Shown: in pieces, positions 39,860 through 55,259 of the stretch
Numbering within the stretch: the first letter of the stretch is position 1
How the letters are laid out: each line of letters begins with the position of its first letter
NCBI GenBank assembly: GCA_951406725.2
Contig: OX597824.1
Location: 96,410,001-96,474,000, forward strand
Length of the DNA stretch: 64,000 bases
Origin: Octopus vulgaris
Lineage: Eukaryota
Reading direction: 5' to 3'
Translations under genes and position numbers: made by a program
The notes under the pieces: model-generated
Database searches by the model: none
Told to the model about the DNA's origin: nothing
Seen by the model: only the letters and a program-made list of their open reading frames with translations

Positions 39860-41322
39860 CATGAAAGCCTTCTTTTTTCTGTTGAGGGCTGACATGCCCC
39901 GTTATTAGACTATTTTCCTTAGTCATTGCATGGTGATCGATATAAGCTTTAAGCTTATATAAAAATACCATTATTATTATTTACAAGATTGTAAACTCGG
40001 CGCCATATAAAAAACCATTCGCACCGAAAACATGTAGAAAGTTCGGTTACATAAAAATAAATACGAACTAATATAGTTTTTAAATTTGACAGAAATAGGG
40101 AGGGTAATTCGCTGGGGTAAAGGTAACACATTTAGTCTCGTTTAACAAAGGTGTGTAGGTTCGAGTCCTACGCGGATAGGAATGTCTTCTTTTTTTTTCT
40201 GTCGAGGGCTTATATTCCCCGTTATTAGACTATTTTACTTAGACATTACACGGTGATCGCCATAAGTCTTAAGCTTATATAAAAATACCATTATTATTAA
40301 TTACAAGATTGTGAAATACGGCGCCGAATAACAAAACCATTCGCATGACAAAAAAAAAAAAAAGAAAAAAAGCAGGTGACACTCTCCAACGAATTAAAGG
40401 ACGTTCTCCATATGAATTTATTTCTCAACTTCACAAGAACCAAAGTTACAGAAACTCTGACCGAGATTTAAAAAAATCTGGAAGTTTTGTGACTTCGATG
40501 TGCAGACCATAAAAAAAATACACACAAGAAGAAAATTGAACCCCTAGCCTCTGATTACTTTGTAGTATATGTACGGTAACTACTTACCTATTTCCTCTTT
40601 AGTACTGAGCGCGTCGCTATTTATTTTATTTTGATCTCTTGTAAGAGTTCACCCTTCTGATTTGTTGTGTCGTTTTCATAATTTGGAAAAATATGTCTGG
40701 TTCAATCCAGACATATTTCCCTTAATTCCTTGGAGAGTGTCACCTGCTTTTTTTTATGCGAATGGTTTTGTTATACGGTGCCGTATTTTACAATCTTGTA
40801 ATTAGTAATAAAGGTATTTTTATATAAGCTCAGAATTATGTCGATCACCGTGCAATGACTAAGGAAAATAGTCTAATAAAGGGGCATATAAGCCCTCAAC
40901 AGAAAAGAAAGAAGACTTTCCTATCCGCGTTGGACTCGAACCCACATCCCTTTGTTAAACGAGAATAAGTGTGTTACCTTTACACCAACCAATTACCCTC
41001 CCTGTTTCTGTCAAATTTAAGAACTATATTAGTTCGTAGTTGTTTTTATGTAAACGAACTTTCTACATGTTTTCGGTGAGAATGTTTTTTTATAAGGCGC
41101 CGTGTTTACAATCCTGTAAATAATAATAATGGTGTTTTTTTTATATAAGCTTAAAGCTTATGCCGATCACTGTGCAGTGACTAAGGAAAATAGTCTAATA
41201 AAGGGGCATATAAGCCCTCGACAGAAAAGAAAGAAGACTTTCCTATCCGCGTGGGACTCGAACCCACATCCCTTTGTTAACGCGACTAATTGTGTTACCT
41301 TTACACCAGCGAATTATCCTCC
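39860..41322. repeat. Large fold-back made of ~320-bp tandem units, each with a tRNA-like sequence
   Basis: Left arm 39860-40400 is the reverse complement of the right arm from 40720 onward; tRNA-like copies at 40107-40177 (+), 40923-40993 (-) and 41245-41314 (-). Confidence 0.85.
41245..41314 (-). pseudogene. tRNA-like sequence (not a canonical tRNA)
   Basis: Acceptor ATTCGC/GCGGAT, D arm GTGT-AAAGGTA-ACAC, T arm GTGGG-TTCGAGT-CCCAC; anticodon arm irregular. Confidence 0.6.
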
Positions 41323-42255
41323 ATGAGAGTCAAAGGTCAAAACTTCTGTTAAGGGGGAAATCAGTGAAATGACACGCGAAATGTAACCGTGATCCAGCAT
41401 TTCGGCAGTTTTTAAAAGTAAGTTTGCCGCACTCGTCCGGTGCCGAGTGGCATTGATGCGACCGAGAAATGTCCACATTCATTTGAATCACATTGTAACG
41501 CGCTATTCTTTCCTTTCTGTTATTCGTTCAGTTACCAGCAAAGTGAAAAAACTTATTAAGACTTTTGGCGTGTGATATATGAAAGTAAATCTCCACATAT
41601 CATCCTTGATAAGCAGGACTTTGGTCAAATGCGTTTCAGCTGTAATCATCTTGTCTTTCTTCTGCTATAGTGTACCGAGGAGTTCGCAGTAACGAAACCC
41701 TAAACAGCCTGTCATGTGGACCAATGTTTGACAATATATACTTCGATTTCGAAAAGCTTTTGGCAAGGTTGATCCTGAAATCTTACGCCATAATCCAACA
41801 AGCCTTGGCAGGTAATTGGATCTTTGATTCCATGAAATAACGAAATGGAAATGATGGTGGGACCTTATCCGAAATATCTTATAATATCATCAGATATTGA
41901 CAATGTTGTACAGTCTGTCACCATATCGAGTTACAATGTAGAAAAGACTAACAGCTAGAAGTGGTGTTTTTTGATAGCAAGAAAAACAAAGATGTTTATA
42001 CGTGTATGAAATAAGACTGGGTGAATGAAAGAAATTTGTCTCTGAACAATCAAAATTCCATGTTCTTTATTCGGGACAGAGCATCGCAACACCATTGCTT
42101 TAAACAAGGAAGTCATCTGCGCTTTTTAAACTGGGCGTAACTAAGTCTGGAGACAAGTTTTTTTCCACTGAGTTGAAGGATTGAGAGTGAAGTACTTGAG
42201 CTGGTAGGTTTATTCTAGGAAATAAGATGAACAATGAGATAATATAATTAAGACA

Positions 42256-42324
<69 letters not shown>

Positions 42325-42733
42325 CTGGAAGAGAGAAAGAGAGAGAGGAAGGCACTTATGTGTTGTAGAGACAGAACAGTATTAGATGGGTCTCTCAGCC
42401 GGAATATGGAAAATTTGGAGAAAATTGAATGAGTAATATATGACGACGACGACGACGACGACGACGATGATGATGATGATGATGTGTGTGTGTGTGTGTG
42501 TATGGACGGGTGCGTGTGATTTGATGCGTGTTTTTGTGACTGCACATATATTTTGTATATATAGGCGCAGGAGTGGCTGTGTGGTAAGAAGCTTGCTTAC
42601 CAACCGCATAGTTCCGGGTTCAGTCCCACTGCGTGTCATCTTGGGCAAGTGTCTTCTACTATAGCCTCTCAGGCTGACCAAAGCCTTGTGAGTGGATTTG
42701 GTAGACGGAAACTGAAAGAAGCCCGTCGTACAT

Positions 42734-42820
<87 letters not shown>

Positions 42821-43242
42821 AAGTGCGCCTAGTTGTCGGCGTGAAGTGCTTGGTAATAGTTAGGGTATCCAGGTTGTAAAAAAAAAAAATAAAACACTGA
42901 TAAAAATAACAAAATATAAACAACAGGAGAGTCGGGTGGATTTTCTTTGTTGTTGAATGTGTTTGATGCTGAGTGTTACTGCGGCGGATGGCGAGTGAAA
43001 AGACAAGAGGCAGCGGATGGCGAGACGAAATACCCCAATTAAAGATGACGACGACGACGACGACGACAAAATGTATAATTATGCAAAGATGATGACCAGA
43101 TGATACATGTATAAAAGATGATGAGAACGAGTAATATACATACATGCACGCCCCCCACACATTTGAAAACATTTATAAATACATATATTCTATATATATA
43201 TATATAATATTCGTATGTTATATAGTTATTTATGTTAATATA

Positions 43243-43307
<65 letters not shown>

Positions 43308-43314
43308 CGAAGAC

Positions 43315-43377
<63 letters not shown>

Positions 43378-43898
43378 ACATACATGCATATATACACACA
43401 TATAGTGTATAAAGACTAAAATAAACAAAGGAAGCTAGGAGAAAGAGCAGATCAAAGAGGATAGAGTTATTTCTGTGTCATTACCGCTGTCGGGCTTATT
43501 CAAAGATTAACGCCGTCCCGCATTAGAAAAATGGCGTCGTTGAATAATCTGCGGTTTCCGGTTTGTGTATTTGAATATGAATAGATTAATGTTGATGATT
43601 TTTCGTTTCTTCTTTGTTCTTTTTTAAAAATTCTGTTACCCTTAATTAATTACACACACACTCACACACACACACACACATACATACACACATACACACA
43701 TACACACATGTATGCATCCATAAATATTTCACATATTTTGTTCTGCGTGATTTTTCTAAGTTGTTCAACGCTTTGTTTTTTTTCTTATTTGTCCGTAGAT
43801 GGTGGCACAGTTCCGTTTATCTCAACCTATTGCTAACTCTATGTTGAACGTATTTGTAATCTTATGCCTCGGATTAGGGCAGCCATGACGGTTACATA

Positions 43899-45700
43899 TA
43901 TTGGGTTGTTAAATTCGTTTTTCCCGCATCTATTTTAATCTTCATTTTTCATCAGCAATCTAAGTAAAGCAATCAATAATATATTCCACTTCGGTGTTCT
44001 CGAAATCTTGCCAAAATTCCACACGAGTTCGTGAATGCTTTGACGGTGGAAATTACCGGGTCTTGAATCGAAGAATTCATCGCGCCAAATTTTCGGCCCC
44101 ACGTCATTGTTGAACGAAACGACTCGCAGACTATTGGAGAGCGACCGAAAATGGTGATTGTTGAAGGTGCTATATCAGGAGAATGCAATGGGTGCGGTCG
44201 AGCTTCCCAACCGGGCTCTTGAAGAGCATTTTGGGTCAAATTAACAACGTTGTCGTATTGAAGAAGCACGCCCTGTCACCGTTCGTATCGTTTCAGCAGG
44301 CTTACCTTCTTGAACCAGTGCATTTACCGAACGTAAAACTCTCATTTGGTTATGTGGCTGTTTCGTAGTGGATTAACCCTTCCCAAACCCACCAAACACA
44401 GATCATTGTCTTGTGGGGTTGCAACTCTGGCTTGGCTCTTGGTGTTGCCTGCTTATTGGGGCTCAGCTATTCTTTTCTCAGCTTCATATTGTCTCAAAGA
44501 CACGATTTTTCATCGCCGGTGACGATATGGCAAAGAAATCTCTGCATTTATAAGTAGGTTGGTATCGACCGATCAAACTGGCGGTGATAGTGGAGTTTAT
44601 CGTCTTTTTCGTTCAGTGCGTGTGACACCCATGCACCCCAGTGTTTTGGAGCTTATCCATCGAGTAAAGGCGACGGGTGACGTAACACGAGAGCATTCCA
44701 TCTGGTGGACCGATTCTCCAGTGAATTGGCGAGAATCGTCGTGCTTGAGTTCATTCAATCCATCCTCCTTGAATTGAACAGGTCGGCCGGAACGCAGATG
44801 TCTGCGGGGTCGAATTTTCCCCTCGTTGAAGCGTGGAAACCATTTTGCTGCATTTCTTTCAGCATTGGCGCCTTCTCCGTACACAAAACATAAACGTCTC
44901 GTGCGCAGTGGTGGCTCGTGTATAGCCACTGCGGAACTGCACCCCCCATTTCCACTTGATATTATCGATAACATTCAATATAATGCGTCCTTTGTTCTTT
45001 AATTCTTTCTTTATACTTGTACATTATATAATCCTTAATCTTAATGTCATTAGCCATCCCTTAGTTTATGAAAAAATAACAAAAATCCTTGTATAGAACC
45101 ATGCGCTTCACAGTTCTAGCGACGCGGTATTTGGCTGTTGCGCGCATGCTCACATGTCCGAGATAGGAAGCTGCCCGCTAGGGAGAGAGAGCACTGTCAA
45201 TCAAGCAGTGCCGACCTTGGTGAGCTAATGAAATGTAGTGTTTCTTTTTGACTCTGTGTGTATTGTGCTTAAAAACGTGTTTATATTCTTGAACGTGATA
45301 AAGTGTAGAATTAGATTATTATCCTGCCTCCAGCTACAGTATTGCTGCCAGGTAAGGCAGATTTTCCCCACTTATTTTGTGATTTAGGGGGGATTTTTGA
45401 AAAACAAGGGGGAATTCGCGGCGGTGTTCGGTGAACAAATTAAACACACACTCTCGGCTGTGGCTAAAACGGAAACCGATCAAGTTTATGTATAAATTTT
45501 CTTGTTATGTTTGTTTCCCTTTACACAATATTAAAACAACGGCTAAAAATTTTCTGAAGCAGCACCACCACTAATTTGATCTACGAGCCGCCACTGCTCG
45601 TGTGACTTTGGCAGTTTTGGAACCTTGATTATAAGCGAAGATGTCGATGTCGAAAATACTAATTGTTTTCTACCTGGTATTTCATCATCATGTGTCTGGA
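43899..45700 (-). mobile_element. Old degenerate mariner interrupted by a hAT MITE
   Basis: TA|TTGGGTTG terminus; fragments LQYDN, HPLHSPDIAPS, VYGEGA..AKWFPRF..RSGRP; start MKYQVE at ~45685. Another 5' fragment near 53880. Confidence 0.8.
44906..45596. mobile_element. Non-autonomous hAT element, 691 bp, 8-bp TSD
   Basis: TIRs CAGTGGTGGCTCGT / ACGAGCCGCCACTG; TSD CTCGTGCG / CTCGTGTG. Confidence 0.9.
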
Positions 45701-46040
45701 AAGAGGTAAAATTTAGTTAAAAAAGGTTATATATATAAATGTGTGTGTTAATGCAATCGAAACAATTGTCGGCTTTATAAGGTGAGATCTAAAATAATGA
45801 CGTAATTTTCTTTATACGTATTTTTTCATTGTTAAATTCTCTGAATTTCTCGAAATTCTGCCAAAGAATATTTGGATTTACCTGTGATGCATGAGGACTT
45901 ACCTGGAATCTGTATTCTACTTACATTTACTGGAATCTGATTCTTGAACATTTATAACCAAATTCTTTTAATTCTGAGTGCTTTATTGATATCTGCCAGA
46001 ATTTTTTAAAATCCTTGTTTCTTCTAATTATGCACACACG

Positions 46041-46071
<31 letters not shown>

Positions 46072-46874
46072 GCGTACACACATACACACACACACACACA
46101 CATTCATATGTATTCATATATATATATATATATATATTTTATTTCATCTAGTTTCAGCTCACGAGCTGTGGCCATGCTGGGGCACCGCTATTTATATATA
46201 TGTATGTATAGGTATATATATGTATATACGTATGTATACACACTCACAGACACACACACACACATGTATATAAGTGTGTGTGTGTTTTCAATGTTGTTCA
46301 CGAGTGTAGCCCGATGTAATTGTTTCAGCTCCAACGCACCGTGACCCCAGATCAGGTCCCTTTGCCAAACAAGTACAACTTGGAATGGAGCTGATAACTT
46401 GCAAAGACAATCGAGGCAAACACACCCACGAAACATACACAATGATATAACCGAGACAATGACTGAGCTGAAAGGAGGTCAGGAAAGGTCAGACTAGGTC
46501 AGGTGGGGGTCAGGTGAGGTCAGGTCAAATTGTATGTGGGGGCTGCGTGTAGGTGTGCGTATGTGTAGGGAGGAGGGTTGACGATCCAAAACTGAGGAAA
46601 TTAGAGTTAGAATACTTCAAACAACCAGCAACGCATTAGGGAGTAGGGTTTCTTTTGGTGAACCCTTCGAAGAGAAGCGTGTTGATGGTGGAAATGGTGG
46701 TGGTGCTGATGGTTACTGCATAATGGTGATGGTGATGGTGGTGGTGGTGGTGATGGTGGTGGTGGTGGTGATGGTGGTGTTGGTGCAAAGAATACAACAC
46801 ACCCCGCTCCAGGAATGAAATCCCAAACTTTATGATCGTGAGGTCAACGTACTAACCACTGCACTACGCACCTT

Positions 46875-46926
<52 letters not shown>

Positions 46927-47764
46927 CAGACGCACGCACAAACATACATACATACATACATACATACATACATACATACATACATACATACATACATACA
47001 TCAATGCACACATACATAAATAGATATATACGTATATTATATATATATACATATATATACATTAAAGTGCGTATTTGAGCGAATGCAAGATGTTATTGTT
47101 TGGTAGGATTATGGGTGATTACAAATGGAATGTTTGTACTGTTGCTTTTGTTTTCGCCCACACTGGGAGGGTTTCTCCGCAAGACAGAGATTGGGACCTC
47201 TTTTGCCTTGATTATGGCATCATTTGCTTAGTTCTGTTGCCGAAGGAACATATTTCGTCCTTCCAGGTTATAGCAAATTTCACAGGAAACATTATTGTCG
47301 TAGGAAAATTCACCGTAAGAAATTTCGTTTTAAACGACTTCATCACATTTTTTAATGTTTAACGGTGAATAAAGGCTTCACTCTTCGATGTCTATTTAAT
47401 AAAATCTTTTATATATTATTTTAATGCCGGTATAATACGCATTATTCATCTGTCTTTACGTCTGAGTTCAAATTCCACCGAAGTCGACTTTGCCTTTCGT
47501 CCTTTCGGTGTCGATAACTTAAGTACCAGTTGCGTACTGGTGTCAATCTAATCGACTGACCCTCTCCCAAAAATTTCGGGCCTTGTACCCAGAGTAGAAA
47601 AGATATAATACACTTTATCTTTCGGCGTGTTTTTCTCTACAGCGAAATTTCTTTTGGCGAATTTTCCGGATTCGGTTCTACCAGTCGTTTCTCTCGTGTA
47701 TTTGTGTCCGTAACTATTGAACATACAGGTCTTTCCATATGTATATAGTTGTTGCTTGTTCATT

Positions 47765-48055
47765 CTCGAGCCATGCCTGGATCATAAGGGGCGGTTTCCC
47801 GGTTTCCTTGGCGTATAGGTTCCCCACCTGGACGGGACGCCGGTCCGTCGCAGGTGAAATGATAGATGCAGGAGGAAAGAGTGAGAGAAGGTTGTGGCGA
47901 AAGAATTAGCAGAAGTTTGCCATTACCTTCTGCTGGACCCGAGTGGAGCCTAGGTATTTAGCTCATAAACACATACATCGCACGGTCTGAGATTCGAACC
48001 CCCGATCCCTCGACCGCGAGTTCGCTGCTCAAACACTAAGCCATGCGGCTCCACA
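47765..48055 (-). mobile_element. tRNA-derived SINE
   Basis: Minus head GTGGAGCCGCATGGCTTAGTG...GGTTCGAATC; 3' part resembles 62155-62410. Confidence 0.7.
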
Positions 48056-48154
48056 TACGTATATAGTAGTATGTGTTATTCAGATTGCAATATGGGTGCC
48101 TTATAGGCACGAGTGAGTCTCAATTATATAATTGTACATAAAATATGGACAGAC

Positions 48155-48372
48155 ACGAGGGGGTCCCGAAAAGTTCACAGCTTTCAGAGTTTCGCAAAAG
48201 GCCTGGCTGGAGGCTCAACCTTTCTATTTCTTTTACAGGACTTAGAAAAACTGAAGGACCGCATCAATAAGTGTGTGAATCTGAGAGGGGAATATGTTGA
48301 ATAAAATCATAATTCACAGATCCTCCTGTATTTTCTCTTACCCAAAGCTAGGGACTTTCGATACCCCGTCCT
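48155..48372 (+). mobile_element. Mariner-derived MITE (deletion derivative)
   Basis: CGAGGGGGTCCCGAAAAGT / ACTTTCGATACCCCGTCC ends; keeps the transposase C-terminus KCVNLRGEYVE*. Confidence 0.7.
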
Positions 48373-48589
48373 AGGCACGTATCAATAATTTGTTGTTGTA
48401 ATAAATATATTCAATAGCATTGAGTGTATATACCAGTAATACGATACATATTGGAGAGGCATAGTGTAGTAATAATGAAAACATGTAGTTATTCGATCTG
48501 TTAGAAATAATAGCTAAACCTCCTCAAATCGTACAAAGGTCAGATGGTTAATGAAGTCCCGAAAAGTAAATAACGTGGATGGTCATGGC

Positions 48590-48599
48590 TGTTATAACC

Positions 48600-48630
<31 letters not shown>

Positions 48631-49526
48631 CAATCACCACCGCCACCATCACCATCACCAACACAACCACCACCACTACTGCCGCCAATACCAATAGCAA
48701 CACGGCAACCGCCACCATCATCACCACCATCGCTACTACTACCACCACCACCACCATCATTTATCTTCACCACACGACCACCACTGCTACCACAACCAGC
48801 ATCTACATCACCGCCGCCACCACCACCACCACAACCACCACCAGCATGCCCACCTGCAACAGCACCGCCATTACACAACCATCCCAACTATGTCATCAAT
48901 CATACCATTAACATACCATTAACACGATTTGAACTTTGTCAGACCAGAGTTGGGTGGGGATGTTGGTGTAGGGGCTCAGTTGGGGATTGTAGGGTGGCGG
49001 TGGCGGGTGTGGTGATGGTGGTGGTGGTAGTGATGGTGGTGGTGGTGGTGATGGTGGTGGTGGTGTTACTTGTGGGGGTGGTGATGTAGATGCTGATTGT
49101 GGTAGCAGTGGTGGTCGTGTGGTGATGCGATGATGATGATGGTGGTGGTGGTGGTGGTGGTGGTGGTGGTGATGATGATGATGGTGGTGGTGGTGGTGGT
49201 GGTGGTGATGATGATGATGGTGGTGGTGGTGGTGGTGGTGATGATGATGGTGGTGGTGGTGGTGGTAGTAAGAACTATGGCGGCGATGGTTGTAATAGCA
49301 GTGATGGCGATGGTGGAAGTGGTGACGCTGGTGATGGTGGCGTGGTTAGTGGCGGTGATAGTGATTTCGAAGTATTGGCGGTGGGGTGTTGATGGTGATG
49401 GAGGTAGTGATGATGGTATTGGCTGTGGTTGTGGTGGTAATGGCGGGGGGGACCTGTGTTAGAGTGCTGATGCTTGTGGTAATAGTGGTGGTGGTGGTGG
49501 CATTAGTAGCATTAGTGGTGGAGATG

Positions 49527-49606
<80 letters not shown>

Positions 49607-50060
49607 TGTAGTTGTGGCAGTAGAACTAATAGTAATAATAGTAGTAGTAGTACTAGTAGTAGTGGTAGTAGTCGTCATAGTAGTAATGATAGTGGCAATA
49701 GTAGTTGTAGTAGTAGTAATTGTAATGGCGGTGTTGTTAGCAGAGTGCGATGTAGTGGTGTTGGTGATGGCGTTAAAATGGTGCCTGCATCAGAGATAAC
49801 GATGTTAGTAGGGGGTACTGTGGTGTCAGGGGCTTGGTGAGGTGTGGGGTGGCACAGGGTGGTGGTGGTGGTGGTGGTGGTGGTAATATAGTGTACAGGG
49901 TGCAAGGGTGGGGTTTGATATATTAAGAGTGTAGGGAATAGGGGCTATATACTTTTGGGGGTACTTAAGGGTGGTGGGGGTAGGGGAGGAGGGGTGTATT
50001 GTAGAGTTGGAATTTACTAAGGAAAAAGGGGATACAGGGGGTGTTGGTGGTGGTGGTGGT
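48590..50060. repeat. (ACC)n / (GGT)n / (GTA)n low-complexity block
   Basis: Direct. Confidence 0.9.
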
Positions 50061-50380
50061 GATAACTAAGGGTGTCGGGGTAGAATGCAACAATGATTCC
50101 AAACAAGAATGGAATTTTAGGTTGGTATTCTACTGTCCTGGATGTTATATTTTAGGGTGTATATTTTGACTCTTCCACGCACACACACACGCATGTATGT
50201 ATGTATGTATGTATGTATGTATGTATGTATGTATGTATGTATGTATGTATGTATGTATGTATGTATGTATGTATGTATGTATGTATGCATGTATGTATGT
50301 ATGTATGTATGTATGTATGTATGTATGTATGTATGTATCTATCTATATATATATATATACACACACATATATATATATAC

Positions 50381-50411
<31 letters not shown>

Positions 50412-50525
50412 CATATATATATGTATATATATATTTGTATATATATATATATGTGTGTGTGTTTAGTTGCATAGTTACAAATATTCCCAATTTTAGACGT
50501 GTGCCTATTTATAAGGTCGTATATA

Positions 50526-50593
<68 letters not shown>

Positions 50594-50699
50594 CATATAT
50601 ATGTGTGTTTGTGTGTGTGCATGTATATATATATGTTTTTATGCACGCCTGTTGCATACACACACATACATATATATTAACAAGTGTGTGTTTTTAATT

Positions 50700-51037
<338 letters not shown>

Positions 51038-51392
51038 CGTCCCATATGTGTTTGCGTGTATGTTAGTGGGAGTGTAAGTGTGCAAAATCAGAAAAACACT
51101 AAACAGAACTGAAAGGTTCTAAGGTCAAAGTTAAGAGAGAGACAAACCCGAAAAAAAAACCATTCTTCACCCTCTTACGACACTTCCTACATACAAAGTA
51201 TGCCATAACACACACACACACACACACACAAACACATACATTCTTCTATATATGTTCACATATAGTTTTGGTTGAGAATGTTTGCATATATACATATCGG
51301 GGGAGAATTCACAAAAAAACCCCCAAAAAACGAAAACAGGTGGTGTACAAAACAAACAGAATATTAGTATAACGCTCGGGAAATGAAAAAGT

Positions 51393-51428
51393 CTTTAACG
51401 TTTCGAGCCTACGCTCTTCCACTGAAAG
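51393..51428 (-). ncRNA. Hammerhead-like motif, sister of 4142-4179
   Basis: CTTT-CAGTGGA-A-GAGC-GTAG-GCTC-GAA-ACGT-T-AAAG. Confidence 0.5.
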
Positions 51429-52397
51429 GGACACAGAAAAAAAATATTGTTGTTGTTATTATTATTATTAAGCAAAACTTGACTTAAACAGGATTCGAAT
51501 AATCTTATCAGGTGGTGCTATTAAGTTATGTATAATGCATGCATGTGTGTGTGGAGGCGCAATGGCCCAGTGGGATCGCGGTTTCGATTCCCAGACCGGG
51601 CGTAGTGAGAGTTTATTGAGCGAAAACACCTAAAGCTCCACGATGCTCCGGCAGGGGTTGGTGGCGAACCCAGCTGTACTCTTTTACCTCAGCTTTCTCT
51701 TACTCTTTCATCCTGTATCTCAAAAGGCCAGCCTTGTCACACTCTGTGTCACGCTGAATCTCCCCGAGAACTACATGAAAGGTACACATGTCTGTGGAGT
51801 TCTCAACCACATGCACGTTAATTTCACGAGCAGGCTTCGCCGTTGATGGGATCAAATGGAACCCTCGTCGTTGTAATCGACGGGGTGCCACGATATGCAT
51901 GTGTGTGTATGTATATATATATAGGCGCAGACGATAGCGAGATGGCAGAAACGTTTGCACGCCGGGCGAAACGCTTAGCGGTATTTCGTCTGCTGTTACG
52001 TTCTGAGTTCAAATTCCGCCGAGGTCGACTTTGCTTTTCATCCTTTCGGGGTCGATAAATTAAGTACTAGTTACATACTGGGGTCGATATAATCGACTTA
52101 ATCTGTGTGTCTGTCCTTGTTTGTCCCCACTGTGTTTAGCTACTTGTGGGTAGTAAAGAAATAGGTATTTCGTTTGCCGTTACGTTCTGAGTTAAAATTT
52201 TGCCGAGTTCGACTTTGCCTTTCATCCTTTCGGCGCTGCTTCTGCATGGCCGCTGTCAAATGACTGAAACAAGTAAAAGAATACAACCCCTTCTCCCCAC
52301 ATTCTCCGTCTGTTTTGCTTTCTGCAACACTGTGACTTCAATTCCATATAAATTAAATACACTAACGCTCTTATCGAAAACAAAACACACAGAGTCA

Positions 52398-52489
<92 letters not shown>

Positions 52490-52905
52490 TGCACGCACGC
52501 ACGCACGCACGCACGCACGTACTGTTAATACCTTTTGTGTTGCTATACAGAATTCTCGCTCCTCCATTACCGAATTTTTCATCTGCAATTGAAAAAAAAA
52601 TCCGAAAATCCAAGATGGCCGCCACCTCCACCGTGGCGTTTCATTTCGTCACTTTAATCAATGGCACGTGTATCACAACTATATGTGACGTTGTCATGTT
52701 ATCGCATTGTAGTGTTACAGTGTATCATAGCTATATGTGATGTTGGCGTGTTGCAATGTGTGGTGACTGTTATTCGGGAACCACTTGGCTGGACGCTACA
52801 GTGCTATCGTCTGTTTTGTGGAAGAAAGATTTATGCGGAACAGAGGGAAATTACAGAAGAGGTTCGTAACTTCATTCACGCCTTCGTCTGAGAGTGAGAA
52901 AGAAA

Positions 52906-53022
<117 letters not shown>

Positions 53023-55051
53023 AGAGACAGAAAAGATAAATATCTACCTCGGACTCTGCCATCGTTAGACGACGAATGAAGGTTGGGCAGTTTCTTACCG
53101 AACGACTACGCAGATGATTTGTTTATAGTGATCAAATGTTTGTGTAGACATAAGCTCACTCTTTCCATCAGATTTGACATTACCTGTACAGGTGCTCCAT
53201 GTGCCACATGCCAGATGACAAAATGATCGCACACCAACGGGAAATGAAGTGCTTTGCTCAAGAACACAACGCAACGCACGGTCTGGGAGTCGAACCCACG
53301 ATCTCGCAGTTCTGAGTGCAACATCTTGACCACAAAGCCATACATGTGTGTGCGCGTGTATATATATATATATATATGCATACATACATATACATACATA
53401 CATACATACATACACATACACACACTCATGCATACACACATATAGAGAGCAAATGGTGCTTCTTGTTTGACTGTAAACCAACAAAATGGCTGTCTTAGCG
53501 TGTAAAAGAATACCTTTGTACCGTGGGTCACCTAAATCAGAGATGACCAAGGTGGTGATGGTAGTGGTGGTGCTAGAGTTAAACCACTACAAGACCAAGA
53601 ATAGATTCCCTTAACAAGGGAATCTCTACATGGTCACTTACTTTGTTAAAAATAGCAGTCAAATCTCTCCGTCCCACCAAACGACAATCTTGAGTTATGT
53701 TGAATGCATTTAGTTATCAGATAAATTCGTTTATTTCTTTCCAATGTTATTTAAATTATCACAAAAAAATATTTTTATCGTTAGTGTTTTGATATATTTT
53801 TCTAGCTCTATTCTTCTACAACTTTAGTTTATCGTTTTGAAAAGCTGAATAAATTTTACCATTTTCCAAACATATGACAATGAAATACCAAGCAGAAAAA
53901 CAACAAACAAAAAAAACAAACAAACAAAAAACGAACGAATTTATTTGACATCGCAATAGAATAATTCACTTGCCACAAAGATGATCAAATCAAACGTTTC
54001 GGGTTTTTATCTTTCATCAGAAAATCTCTCGAAGGCCTTGATCGCTAAACATATTTTTATGAACTCCCCACCCCCCGCGCAATAATTGAATTATTTATTT
54101 AGTCATCAGCCTCCACCCCACCGGCACCACCCTTTAGAGTTATTGTTGCCAATTTTATTTATTTATTTTAAAAATTTTATTTAGTTTCAGCTCACAAGCT
54201 GTGGCCATGCTGGGGCACCGCCAATGCTGATCTTCACTAGTTTTCTCCATTTCCGGATTTAATATTTGAATAAAGTATTCTTTGTTGCACTATGTCGGGG
54301 ATAACTTTAGCCAGGGATATGCACGGCTGGAATGCCGTGATGGATGGAAACGAACATTTGAGGCTTAGCAACAATAAGAATCTATCAACAATAACATTGC
54401 CACAAGTAGTAGCAGCAGCAGCAGCAGCAGCACCACCACCACCACCACCACCGCCGCCGCCGCCGCTACCACTATTACTACCACCACCGCAACAACAACC
54501 ACCACTGTTACAAAATCATTAGTTCATTCTACTGCAAACACCACCACTGCCACCACCACCACTACCCCTACGCCAACACCACTACCCCACCACCCCTACC
54601 GCCCACCACCCCTACCGCCAACACCACCGCCACTTCCACCACCGTTACAAAATCACTAGTTCATTCCACTGCCACGGCAATAACCACCACCACCACCACC
54701 ACCACCACCACCACCACCACCACCACCAGCACTTTCACGCCACACTCCCCCACAATCTACATTTCCACCATTGCAAACCACTATACCGTCACCCAACATA
54801 GCACCCAGCCCCCCCCCACTCCACACCTGTGTCTCTCCATAACAACAATAGTAGCAGCAGCAGCAGCAACGGCAGCAGTAGTACAAACAACAACGACATC
54901 ATCATCATCATCATCATCATCAACAACAACAACAACAACAACAACAACAAGATTCCAGTCTCGGAATTCCGAATTGAGTAATTGCTGTTAAAAGGTCGGA
55001 GTTAATGTCGAATTATGTCTACTACTACTACTGCTACTACTACTACTACTG

Positions 55052-55112
<61 letters not shown>

Positions 55113-55259
55113 ACACATGTCGCACGCACACTTACAAATGCATACACAGACAGACGTGTGTGTGTGTGTGAATGTGTGTGTGCGTTCGTATGTGTGCGTG
55201 TAAATACCATTGTACGATAACAAAGCGCTCTTGCTTCCATCGATGCTGCAGCTATTCCT

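Noticed and set aside
40107-40177. Functional tRNA gene
   Set aside because: The anticodon arm does not form a 5-bp stem with a 7-nt loop, and copies diverge within a repeat.
53990-54024. Minus-strand CTGATGA...GAAACGTT
   Set aside because: Stems I and II do not pair; a relic at best.
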